Program-made: the position numbers and the translations under genes
In this document: positions 8,788 through 16,589 of the stretch, piece after piece
Layout of the letters: each line of letters opens with the position of its first letter
Numbering within the stretch: the stretch's first letter is position 1
The notes under the pieces: generated by a model
What the model was told of the DNA's origin: nothing
Seen by the model: the letters and a program-made list of their open reading frames with translations, nothing else
Database searches by the model: none
Assembly (NCBI GenBank): GCA_016840465.1
Contig: JAEOSH010000006.1
Location: forward strand, 46,771-78,770
DNA: 32,000 nucleotides
DNA from: Candidatus Baldrarchaeum yapensis
Lineage (GTDB): Archaea; Asgardarchaeota; Baldrarchaeia; Baldrarchaeales; Baldrarchaeaceae
Reading direction: 5' to 3'

Positions 8788-9591
8788 ATGTCTCAACTTA
8801 TAACGACATCTCTCTTTACTGAAGGAGAGGAGTCGGGATTGCCAATTGCGATCCTCATACTCCATTCAAACGGCATCCTTCTATTTGACCGCATATATGG
8901 CGAAATGCAAATTGGAAAGAGAAAGGAACTGTTCTCGGGACTCATCTCTGCAATCGTGTCCTTTATGAAAGAATTAACATCGTCCGAAATAAAATACCTC
9001 ATGACGGAGGATCATGAAATATTCATTGCCCGCGGAGACAGCATTGTTGTCGCTTTAGTCGCTTATGGAAAATATGATAAGAAAACTCTCGAAAAAGTGT
9101 TACGAGAACTTGTAGATAGTTTTGTTAAACGTTATAGCCATGCGGCATCGCTAGAGGGACTCGTAGAATTATCGGTATTCAGAAAGTTCTCAGAAGAAGT
9201 TGACGCTATTTTCCTAAGAAACGGTCTTATATCGGAGAAAGACATAGTTGCAATAAGGACGCGCGAGATTCTTGAAAGAGTGTCCAAAGGCGAACTATCG
9301 CCGGACCAAGCAATGGGCCTGATTTCCGATATAAAGGAGAACGTGAAATTTTATCGCGTATACGCACCGTCAACACCACACGTCCTCAAAAATGCAGTAA
9401 TAAGAATGTCAACGGATCCTGTGACGGTCACAATTTTAGAAAACATAGGGCGCGGAATGAGTGTCATCGAAATGACCGACGCTTTGAAAAAATCCGGATA
9501 TAATGTAACCCCTGATCGCATACTTGAGATACTTGAAAGCTTAAGGGCTAGGGGAATTGTGAAACTCGATAAGTACAGAATCCCGGCATAA
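8788..9591 (+). CDS. Longin-like domain + SHOCT-like helix pair + C-terminal winged HTH protein; possible start TTG 8839
   Basis: IAILILHSNGILLFDRIY...ELFSGLISAIVSFMKEL...FRKFSEEVDAIF is a longin pattern. ILERVSKGELSPDQAMGLI is SHOCT-like. The terminal helices end in ILESLRARGIVKL. Assigned by eye. Confidence 0.65.
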   Translation: MSQLITTSLFTEGEESGLPIAILILHSNGILLFDRIYGEMQIGKRKELFSGLISAIVSFMKELTSSEIKYLMTEDHEIFIARGDSIVVALVAYGKYDKKTLEKVLRELVDSFVKRYSHAASLEGLVELSVFRKFSEEVDAIFLRNGLISEKDIVAIRTREILERVSKGELSPDQAMGLISDIKENVKFYRVYAPSTPHVLKNAVIRMSTDPVTVTILENIGRGMSVIEMTDALKKSGYNVTPDRILEILESLRARGIVKLDKYRIPA

Positions 9592-9642
9592 AAAGATAGG
9601 AGCGAGAATCTCTAAACAAAATTACTATGAGTATTAAGATCC

Positions 9643-9705
9643 GATGTCAGTAGTCGAGGTATTCATCATCAGGTCAGAGGGTAGTCCCTAGCCATCATCC
9701 GCATC
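9643..9705 (-). ncRNA. Box C/D 2'-O-methylation guide sRNA
   Basis: Minus strand: C ATGATGG (9698-9692), 14-nt guide, D' CTGA (9677-9674), 4-nt spacer, C' ATGATGA (9669-9663), 12-nt guide, D CTGA (9650-9647). Terminal GATG/CATC stem. The D' guide GGGACTACCC is antisense to the conserved 16S GGGUAGUCC(C/U). Confidence 0.85.
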
Positions 9706-9743
9706 TAATGGTATAATTGCAGAAAATAAACTTAATGGTGAAG

Positions 9744-10499
9744 TCATAGTAACAAATCACCCCGACGATATTCCTCAATATCACCAATGATTCCCTTTAC
9801 TCTTTCGAGTCTCTCCTTCATCTGGAGGATTCCACTGTCAACGTTAACCCTCAAACTTCTTCTTAAAACTGAAGATACTACCTCCACTCCTCCCAGAAAG
9901 CTTTTTATCTCATGATATGCTTTTTCGGCTGACCTCTTATCAAGAGATCCAGAAGCTATTCTGACCATCAACATATCTATGAGCTTGTCTATTTTCTTTA
10001 TCCGCGACTCCAGTTGTTCTTTGAACATGTTCCGAATTATTTTATGCATCCAGTCCTCTAGTGGTCTCAGCTTTGAAAGTTTGAAACACTTTCCCCCCTC
10101 ACTCTTTATGAGCATGACTATCTCTCCTGGAGTTACTATCTTGGGGTGCATTCTCTTCTTCACATATGCGAACAGGTATGTGGACTTTGCGATTCTTATT
10201 GCGGGTGCATACCACATCATTCTCTGGAGGCGTTTTCTCAGTTTAACATTAGATTGGGGCAGATCAGAATACGTCACAAGACTGAGACTTCCAACGTTAA
10301 CGTCATCGCCGCTGACATGGGGTTTTTCAACGCTCCTGAATTTCTTAAGAACAATATAGGAGTTTTCTGGGAGCACGATGTCACCCTTCGGGACGATCCA
10401 CACCCGCCGCCCTATTCTTCGCGCTCCTTTGATCTCAAGCAACTTCTGTATCCGTTGCCTTCGGGAGGAACTCCCATCGATCAGAATTACTATCTGCAC
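9744..10499 (-). CDS. Hypothetical protein with two ChrB_N/PaaX-central/Cas2-like ferredoxin-fold modules and a helical C-terminus
   Basis: IVILID...RRQRIQKLLEIKGARRIGRRVWIVP and LVTYSDLP...LRKRLQRMMWYAPAIRIAKSTYLF. GTG start with a GGTGA SD. Confidence 0.6.
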   Translation of the reverse strand: MQIVILIDGSSSRRQRIQKLLEIKGARRIGRRVWIVPKGDIVLPENSYIVLKKFRSVEKPHVSGDDVNVGSLSLVTYSDLPQSNVKLRKRLQRMMWYAPAIRIAKSTYLFAYVKKRMHPKIVTPGEIVMLIKSEGGKCFKLSKLRPLEDWMHKIIRNMFKEQLESRIKKIDKLIDMLMVRIASGSLDKRSAEKAYHEIKSFLGGVEVVSSVLRRSLRVNVDSGILQMKERLERVKGIIGDIEEYRRGDLLL

Positions 10500-10757
10500 A
10501 TCATCACCCGGCTCATACTCTCATCATGCACAAGCATCTGTCACTATTAGCACTTTGTACTTAATGCGTATTATTTCCTGCCATCTAAAAATATTATCTT
10601 GGGTATATAGTCTACAGATGGGCACTCATTACCACTTATGAATAAAGAAGGTAGGCGGTCATCGATATTGCTCCACTGACTATTGTTCTCAATAATAGTT
10701 ATTGTCGTTTCAGGGGATTGCTTTTTTAATCCTTCTATGGAAACTTATTTCTAGAGC

Positions 10758-11564
10758 GTGATGCAGATGAGCGGTGAAAGGGAACTCATGGAGGCTGTGA
10801 GATCCGCTGCGGAACTCATAGTATCATCGGAGTACGTAATTGCCCTCACAGGTGCTGGAATTTCTGTGGAAAGTGGAATACCTCCATTTAGGGGTCCCGG
10901 TGGAATATGGACAAAGTACGGTGAGCCACCGCCAGATCAGTATCAGGAGTTTCTTCGGGATCCAAAGGGTTGGTGGGAGAGGAGGTTAAAGAGAGAGCTA
11001 GAAGGGCCGACAGGTGAGATGGTGAGAAAAATTTACGAGGCGAAGCCGAATCTTGCGCATAAGGCTCTTGCCGAGTTAGAAGAAATGGGAATATTAAAAT
11101 CGATAATTACGCAAAACATAGACGGTCTGCATCAAAAGGCCGGGAGCAAAAACGTGATAGAGATCCATGGCAACATTTACAAACTCAGGTGCATTTCGTG
11201 TAATGCCAGATTTGATAGAGACAAGTTTGAGATAAAAGAACTTCCACCGCTGTGTCCCAATTGTGGTGGATTGGTAAAACCAGACGTAGTATACTTCGGG
11301 GAACCCATTCCACCGGATATGCTAAATGCGTCCCTCCTAGAGGTATATAAGTGCGACTGCATGCTCGTCGTTGGAACATCCGCAGTCGTCTACCCAGCCG
11401 CAGGTTTTCCGATAGCCGCAAAAAGACGCGGGGCCTTTCTTATAGAAGTGAATCCGTATGAAACCTCAATATCACATATATGCGATGTGGTCTTGAGAGA
11501 GGCCGCAGGAAAAGCTCTACCACTGGTCGTCCAGGAGGTTAGGCGTTTGCTTGCCAGAAGGTGA
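10758..11564 (+). CDS. cobB: NAD-dependent protein deacylase (sirtuin, CobB/Sir2)
   Basis: TGAGISVESGIPPFRG, TQNIDGLH, IHG, CISC/CPNC zinc site, KPDVVYFGE, GTSAVVYPAA and EVNP. Confidence 0.95.
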   Translation: MMQMSGERELMEAVRSAAELIVSSEYVIALTGAGISVESGIPPFRGPGGIWTKYGEPPPDQYQEFLRDPKGWWERRLKRELEGPTGEMVRKIYEAKPNLAHKALAELEEMGILKSIITQNIDGLHQKAGSKNVIEIHGNIYKLRCISCNARFDRDKFEIKELPPLCPNCGGLVKPDVVYFGEPIPPDMLNASLLEVYKCDCMLVVGTSAVVYPAAGFPIAAKRRGAFLIEVNPYETSISHICDVVLREAAGKALPLVVQEVRRLLARR

Positions 11565-12946
11565 AATCTATGGGTCAAGTGAAGATAACGTTCTACGGCG
11601 GTGTTGGTGAAATAGGCGGAAATAAAATACTGGTAGAAGATAAAGGATACGATGTACGGCTTCTCTTAGATTTTGGTAAATCCTTTAAAATAGCATCACA
11701 GTATTACCAATTTCCGATCGATTACCCTTCAAGCCTAGATGAGTTGCTCGATCTTGGTGCAATTCCACAGATAGAAAACCTTTATACGAGAGAGTTTTTG
11801 GCACGAAGGAATGGAGATGTCGGGGGAGAGGAGGAGCCTCCGGTTGACGCGTGTTTGATATCCCACGCACACATGGATCACGCACAATACATATCTCTCC
11901 TAAATAGAAAAATACCGGTATATGTGAGCGAGTGCTCATACAGCATTCTCACTGCGGCAGATCAGATATGGCGAACACGGCTAGAGACAAATTTTTCCGG
12001 AATAAAATTTGAAGTATTCAAAAATGGCCAGAAAATAAAAGTTGGAAATTTAGAGATAAAGGCTCTTTACGTCGATCATAGCATTCCTGGGGCGTCCGCG
12101 TTCATACTCTACACCAGTGAGGGGCCATTGGCGTACACGGGCGACTTCAGACTTCATGGAACTTTTGAAACTCTAACAAGCGCTTTTATTGACGCTTTGA
12201 GAATGGAGGAGAAGATAATTGCGCTAATATTTGAATCTACGTCGATATTTCGAAGCAGGATGCAAAGTGAAAGGAACGTCGAGGACTCCGCGGGGATACT
12301 TGCAAGTGCGTGTAGAGGGCTCGTAATAGCAGATTTCTCATCAACCGATTTCTTCAGATTCCAGACATTTTACAAGGTTGCACGTAAATGTGGAAGAGAG
12401 ATTGTAATTACTGAGAGGTTTGCAAAGATTGTAGAGGCAATAAACCAGTACCCCGAGTACAGGTGGCCGGGTTTAAGATCCTCCGGAGACATAAGGATAA
12501 TCCCAGATGCGCAACGGAGGGAAAGATGGAGAGAGGAGATGCGTAGAAGATTTCCCGACCTATATATAAATTGGGATGAAGTGCGCAAAAATCCACAAAA
12601 GTACATATTTTGTACATCTTATAACAGTGTTCGCGACCTGAGAACAATAAAACCGGAGCCAGGATCAATTTACATACTGAGTTCGAGCGAACCCTTCAAT
12701 GAGGAGCGCGAACTTGCGTTTGAAAAGTTGTTAAACTGGCTGGAAAAGTTAAATGTGCCGATGTACCGTATTCACGCCAGTGGCCATGCAACACCTCACG
12801 AAATCCAACAACTTGTGCACGAGACCCGTCCTAAAGTGATAATACCAATACATACCGAGTATCCTGCCGTCATTGCAGGATTTCTGCAAGGCCTTTCCGA
12901 GAAATCTCTTATACCCGAAAAGGGAATAACATACGAAATACAATAA
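11561..12946 (+). CDS. RNase J-like beta-CASP metallo-beta-lactamase; likely start ATG 11570
   Basis: GGVGEIGGN, SHAHMDH, VDHSIPG, YTGDFR, HASGH and IPIHTE. Confidence 0.87.
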   Translation: MKSMGQVKITFYGGVGEIGGNKILVEDKGYDVRLLLDFGKSFKIASQYYQFPIDYPSSLDELLDLGAIPQIENLYTREFLARRNGDVGGEEEPPVDACLISHAHMDHAQYISLLNRKIPVYVSECSYSILTAADQIWRTRLETNFSGIKFEVFKNGQKIKVGNLEIKALYVDHSIPGASAFILYTSEGPLAYTGDFRLHGTFETLTSAFIDALRMEEKIIALIFESTSIFRSRMQSERNVEDSAGILASACRGLVIADFSSTDFFRFQTFYKVARKCGREIVITERFAKIVEAINQYPEYRWPGLRSSGDIRIIPDAQRRERWREEMRRRFPDLYINWDEVRKNPQKYIFCTSYNSVRDLRTIKPEPGSIYILSSSEPFNEERELAFEKLLNWLEKLNVPMYRIHASGHATPHEIQQLVHETRPKVIIPIHTEYPAVIAGFLQGLSEKSLIPEKGITYEIQ

Positions 12947-12947
12947 T

Positions 12948-13235
12948 TCATCGCTTCAAATTGCCATTTAATGCTCTACTCTTTATTACCCTTACCCCCA
13001 ATGGGGTTCTCTTTAGAAATATTTTCTCCCCATCGCGCTCCGCAACCACGTACATCTCATTACAGTCAAAGACCTCCTTCATCTTGTTGAACAGAGCCTC
13101 TATAAATATCGCAAGCATTCTTAGATCCTGGTCATCGGTGCTTTCTGTTATGAAGGGAAACTCTTCCACCCCATTCTTTTGTGGCTTGGATGATTTGTCC
13201 GACACCGCTGGTATCCCCAACAGATCGTTAATCAA
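12948..13235 (-). CDS. Small hypothetical protein
   Basis: Fills the space between rnj and the DUF4910 gene and has protein-like composition. The start codon is uncertain (TTG). Confidence 0.5.
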   Translation of the reverse strand: MINDLLGIPAVSDKSSKPQKNGVEEFPFITESTDDQDLRMLAIFIEALFNKMKEVFDCNEMYVVAERDGEKIFLKRTPLGVRVIKSRALNGNLKR

Positions 13236-13331
13236 TAACCCGTTATATCCATATTCCTAATTTGCTAAGGTGGCATATCTGATGTTCCACCCGCTATTGC
13301 ATCATTCCATCGACAAAAAGTGTAAGGGTGA

Positions 13332-15302
13332 ATGCGGATGGTTACGGATGTTGATAGTATTTTCTCGACATTATATGGTGAAATTTCCGGGATAAGGGCG
13401 AAGGACTTCGTCTCCGAAATTTCTAGGTATCACAGAATACAGGCGTCGCCGGGATATCGAAAAGCCGCAGAATTCATCCTAGATACGCTTAAAAAGCACG
13501 GAATAGACACAAAAATTCTGAGTTTTGAATCCAACGGGCGAAAGAAATATTTAGAGTTTCTATCCCCCATGGGCTGGGAAGCCACTCATGCAATTCTGGA
13601 AATGGTTGAACCTAGGAGAGAGAAACTCGTTGATTACACCGAACATCCGATATCTCTGGTTGCGTTTTCGGGAGGAACGCCAAAAGGTGGGGTGACAGCC
13701 GAGGTCACTTACGTGGGACCTGGTATAGAAGATAGGAATTATGACGGGATTGATGTTAAAGGGAAGTTCGTCTTGGCATATGGCGAGCCCCGTAGAGTCT
13801 TTAAAAAGGCCGTTATTGAGCGAGGAGCCATCGGGCTTATATTTTTCAGGAGAGGGGTTGCTGAGCAGGACGCTATTCCATATAGATCCCTATGGCCGTC
13901 GGCCGACGAGATTTACAAATTAGTCCCCGCATTCTCCGTATCTAAAAGGACAGCTGAGAGGATAATATCACTAATAGAAAGAGGAGAAAGGGTGAAAGTG
14001 AGGGCGGAGGTGAATGTTAAGTTTTTCGAAAGTAGCCTAGACATCATTACTGCCGTCCTGCCAGGCGAGGTGGAAGAGGAAGTTGTTCTGATAGCACACT
14101 TATGTCATCCTAAACCTTCTGCAAATGACAACGCTTCCGGGTCAGGACTGCTACTTGAGATCGCGTGCACATTAAAGAGGCTCATGGACGCGGGATTATT
14201 GAAACTTAAACGGGCGGTAAGATTTTTCTGGGTACCAGAATATACAGGAACGGCAGCCCTTCTTTCGGAGGGCATAAAAAATATTGGAAAAATCAGAGCA
14301 GTGATAAATCTTGATATGGTCGGAGAAGATCAGTCGCAATGCGGATCGGTTCTCTCAATAGTCAGTTCGCCAATGTCTGTCCCGTCGTTTCTAACATTCC
14401 TTATAGAATCGCTGGTGGAACGTTCCGCAAAGGAGAAATTAAAACAATTTGGCGCTGTAGATTCGTTATATTCGTTCAGGTTCAAGAGGACGCCGTTTGT
14501 TTGGGGAAGCGACCACGAAGTTTTCTCGTGTTCGGACTTCAAAATACCATCTGTTGCGCTGATATGCTGGCCGGACAGATACTATCATTCGAGTTTCGAT
14601 ACTGCGGACAAGGTCGATCCGCAAATTTTGAAGCATATTGGCGCCGCAGTAGCAACAGCGACCATCATCTGCGCATCGTCATCACAAGAAATAGGCCTCT
14701 GGGTGCTACCACGTGTGATGAGAGGTATTATGAGCGTATTGGGATCCATCGAGGAGAAAGCGCTGGCAATAAAGGATCCGAAGACGTACCGCCTGATGTA
14801 TGAATCACTTGATGTTTACGAAAAGTGGGCACTTGGAACCTTACACTCGATCTTGACAATGTTCGATGGTGAAGTTTTAAAGAAATGCGTTATGGAGAGC
14901 GAAACTGAAATTAAGAATGCAATTTCGAAAATCAGGAGAAGGTTTCTAATAGTAGCCGAGGGGCGGGGATGGCCCATCACGGATGTGGAACTTACAGAGG
15001 AGGAACGTGAGGCATTAGAACGTGTCTACATCAAGAAATTCAGGGGACCTCTGCCTTTAAGATATTTGAGAGAGCACCCTAAGGATGGAAGAGCCCTATG
15101 GTATCTGAGAAAAATAGAATCTGATGACCCGATAATTTCCCAGATATCAGAAATGCTAAACCTCATGGACGGCACAAAGTCGCTCTACGACATCTATGTG
15201 ACGCTAATAGCAGAATACGGAAAATCAAACCTGAGAGAATTGATCGAAATATGTAACGATCTCGAAGAACTGGGACTCATAGAAAAAGTTGGGAAGAAGT
15301 AG
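13332..15302 (+). CDS. DUF4910 / M28-family metallopeptidase-like protein with PA domain and C-terminal wHTH-like region
   Basis: YHRIQASPG, PA insert (YVGPG...DVKGKFVL), AHLCHP...ANDNASG, VPEYTG, NLDMVG, GSDH and YHSSFD. Confidence 0.85.
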   Translation: MRMVTDVDSIFSTLYGEISGIRAKDFVSEISRYHRIQASPGYRKAAEFILDTLKKHGIDTKILSFESNGRKKYLEFLSPMGWEATHAILEMVEPRREKLVDYTEHPISLVAFSGGTPKGGVTAEVTYVGPGIEDRNYDGIDVKGKFVLAYGEPRRVFKKAVIERGAIGLIFFRRGVAEQDAIPYRSLWPSADEIYKLVPAFSVSKRTAERIISLIERGERVKVRAEVNVKFFESSLDIITAVLPGEVEEEVVLIAHLCHPKPSANDNASGSGLLLEIACTLKRLMDAGLLKLKRAVRFFWVPEYTGTAALLSEGIKNIGKIRAVINLDMVGEDQSQCGSVLSIVSSPMSVPSFLTFLIESLVERSAKEKLKQFGAVDSLYSFRFKRTPFVWGSDHEVFSCSDFKIPSVALICWPDRYYHSSFDTADKVDPQILKHIGAAVATATIICASSSQEIGLWVLPRVMRGIMSVLGSIEEKALAIKDPKTYRLMYESLDVYEKWALGTLHSILTMFDGEVLKKCVMESETEIKNAISKIRRRFLIVAEGRGWPITDVELTEEEREALERVYIKKFRGPLPLRYLREHPKDGRALWYLRKIESDDPIISQISEMLNLMDGTKSLYDIYVTLIAEYGKSNLRELIEICNDLEELGLIEKVGKK

Positions 15303-16238
15303 TTAGGTGGGAGAAGGAAGAATAACTCGCATGCCAACGGTGCTCAGCACAAATTTTTCCCTAAGTTCCGTTGAAATTCTACTTATGGCCTTAAAGCCGG
15401 TGCAATGCATCGGTATTATGTAAGTTGGATCTATCTCCCTGAACATCTCGATGGTCTTATTAATCGTAGTATCTGGAGCCCCGCTCAGATGGAATCCTCC
15501 TATCACCGCATACACCTTTTTAGTTCCCGTAATTTTTTGCGCGTGCAATATCGTATTTATTATGCCAGCGTGCGCGCATCCCGATATTACAACCAATCCC
15601 TCCTTCCTTAGGCGTATCACTAAAGATTGGTCGTCAAGTATTTCATCCCTTACAAGTTTATCGTCCTTTATCGTATACATCACTGGAAATCCTTTCTCAA
15701 AATCGGTGGTCCGTTCAACTTCCCCTGTTGTTGTTGTTCCGGGTGCAAGTTGTACGGGGGACTTTGTTATCATCAATTTTGCCCCCAAGGACTTCAACTT
15801 CTCGGGGTCGAGTATCATGGGTCCTCGGGTATTCCCGTTCGGAAGTATTACGTACTTTGGCAAGAAAACATCCGGATGCGCAACAAAGGTGACGGGCTTA
15901 CCTATTTTCTTAAGCACATCCTCTAACGCGCCATAGTGATCTAAATGTCCATGACTGAGAAAGAAGAAGTCGACCTCTCTGAAGTTAACGCCTAACTTCT
16001 CAGCATTATATGGGACCCCTACTCTCGTGAGCCCTGCGTCCATGAGTATAGTTCGACATCTATCCCCCCTGAACACCTTAATTAGTAGTGAAAGTCCGTG
16101 CTCTGCAATCAACTGTTCTGAGAGCTCAGCCACGTATCTTTTCACTGGCGGAACGCTTGGAACCAGAACATCCGCGTAGTTATCCATTAAAACAAGTATT
16201 TCTACCCTATCGGCATCTCCCAGCAACAACACCTTCAC
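15303..16238 (-). CDS. MBL-fold metallohydrolase (COG1237 / MJ0301-like)
   Basis: AEHGLSLLI, LSHGHLDHYG, SGCAHAG, GGFHL and PMHCTG. Confidence 0.88.
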   Translation of the reverse strand: MKVLLLGDADRVEILVLMDNYADVLVPSVPPVKRYVAELSEQLIAEHGLSLLIKVFRGDRCRTILMDAGLTRVGVPYNAEKLGVNFREVDFFFLSHGHLDHYGALEDVLKKIGKPVTFVAHPDVFLPKYVILPNGNTRGPMILDPEKLKSLGAKLMITKSPVQLAPGTTTTGEVERTTDFEKGFPVMYTIKDDKLVRDEILDDQSLVIRLRKEGLVVISGCAHAGIINTILHAQKITGTKKVYAVIGGFHLSGAPDTTINKTIEMFREIDPTYIIPMHCTGFKAISRISTELREKFVLSTVGMRVILPSPT

Positions 16239-16262
16239 CTCCTCTCAAGAAGTCAATTATTT

Positions 16263-16278
16263 TTGAGCATATGCTCAA
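16263..16278. promoter_or_regulatory. Perfect 16-bp palindrome TTGAGCATATGCTCAA, candidate operator
   Basis: Read directly from the sequence. It lies 25-40 nt upstream of the MBL hydrolase start on the minus strand. Confidence 0.5.
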
Positions 16279-16528
16279 TTTAAAATCTCCACCCAGATGT
16301 CGCTGGTATTCAAACTCCTGAGTCGCACATTACAAAGAATGTGTAATGCTCGGACAATCATGCACCAACAGATGTGACTCGCAATAATGAGAGCAACATG
16401 CTTAAGAATAGAATTAAAAATCGTTTTTTAAGCAATTTGACGTAAAAATTGTACGCTAAGACCGATTAAAAGGTCTGATGATTTTTGACGCAATCCGCCG
16501 CAAACAACGCATCATTAAGAAAATGCAT

Positions 16529-16580
16529 TTATCTACTTATGAGTAGTCTACTATAAAGTAGACTACTCATAAGTAGATAA
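16529..16580. repeat. Perfect 24-bp inverted repeat (4-nt loop) containing three CTACT-N4-AGTAG boxes and a TATAAA
   Basis: TTATCTACTTATGAGTAGTCTACT-ATAA-AGTAGACTACTCATAAGTAGATAA. Boxes at 16533-16546, 16548-16561 and 16563-16576. TATAAA at 16552-16557. ATG at 16590. Confidence 0.95.
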
Positions 16581-16589
16581 GGGGATGAC

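Noticed and set aside
9644-9691. Mini-ORF MSVVEVFIIRSEGSP* on the + strand resembling a longin N-terminus
   Set aside because: Only 15 codons, and fully explained as the antisense of the box C/D sRNA.
9744-10499. CRISPR-Cas locus suggested by the Cas2-like pattern
   Set aside because: No repeat-spacer array and no cas1 or effector genes anywhere in the window.
10481-10527. Second possible C/D sRNA on the minus strand (ATGATGA...GTGATGA...CTGA)
   Set aside because: No D' box fits in the 13 nt between the two C-like boxes. GTGATGA is the SD region of the ORF starting at 10499, and no rRNA complementarity was recognised.
10758-11564. Sir2-type anti-phage system
   Set aside because: The protein has all the motifs of a standard zinc-binding deacylase and no adjacent HerA, pAgo or STAND partner.
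16320-16380. Possible structured RNA (GAGTCGCA/TGTGACTC outer stem, CATTACA/TGTAATG inner hairpin)
   Set aside because: The stems are short (7-8 bp) with no recognisable family motif, and are compatible with chance.
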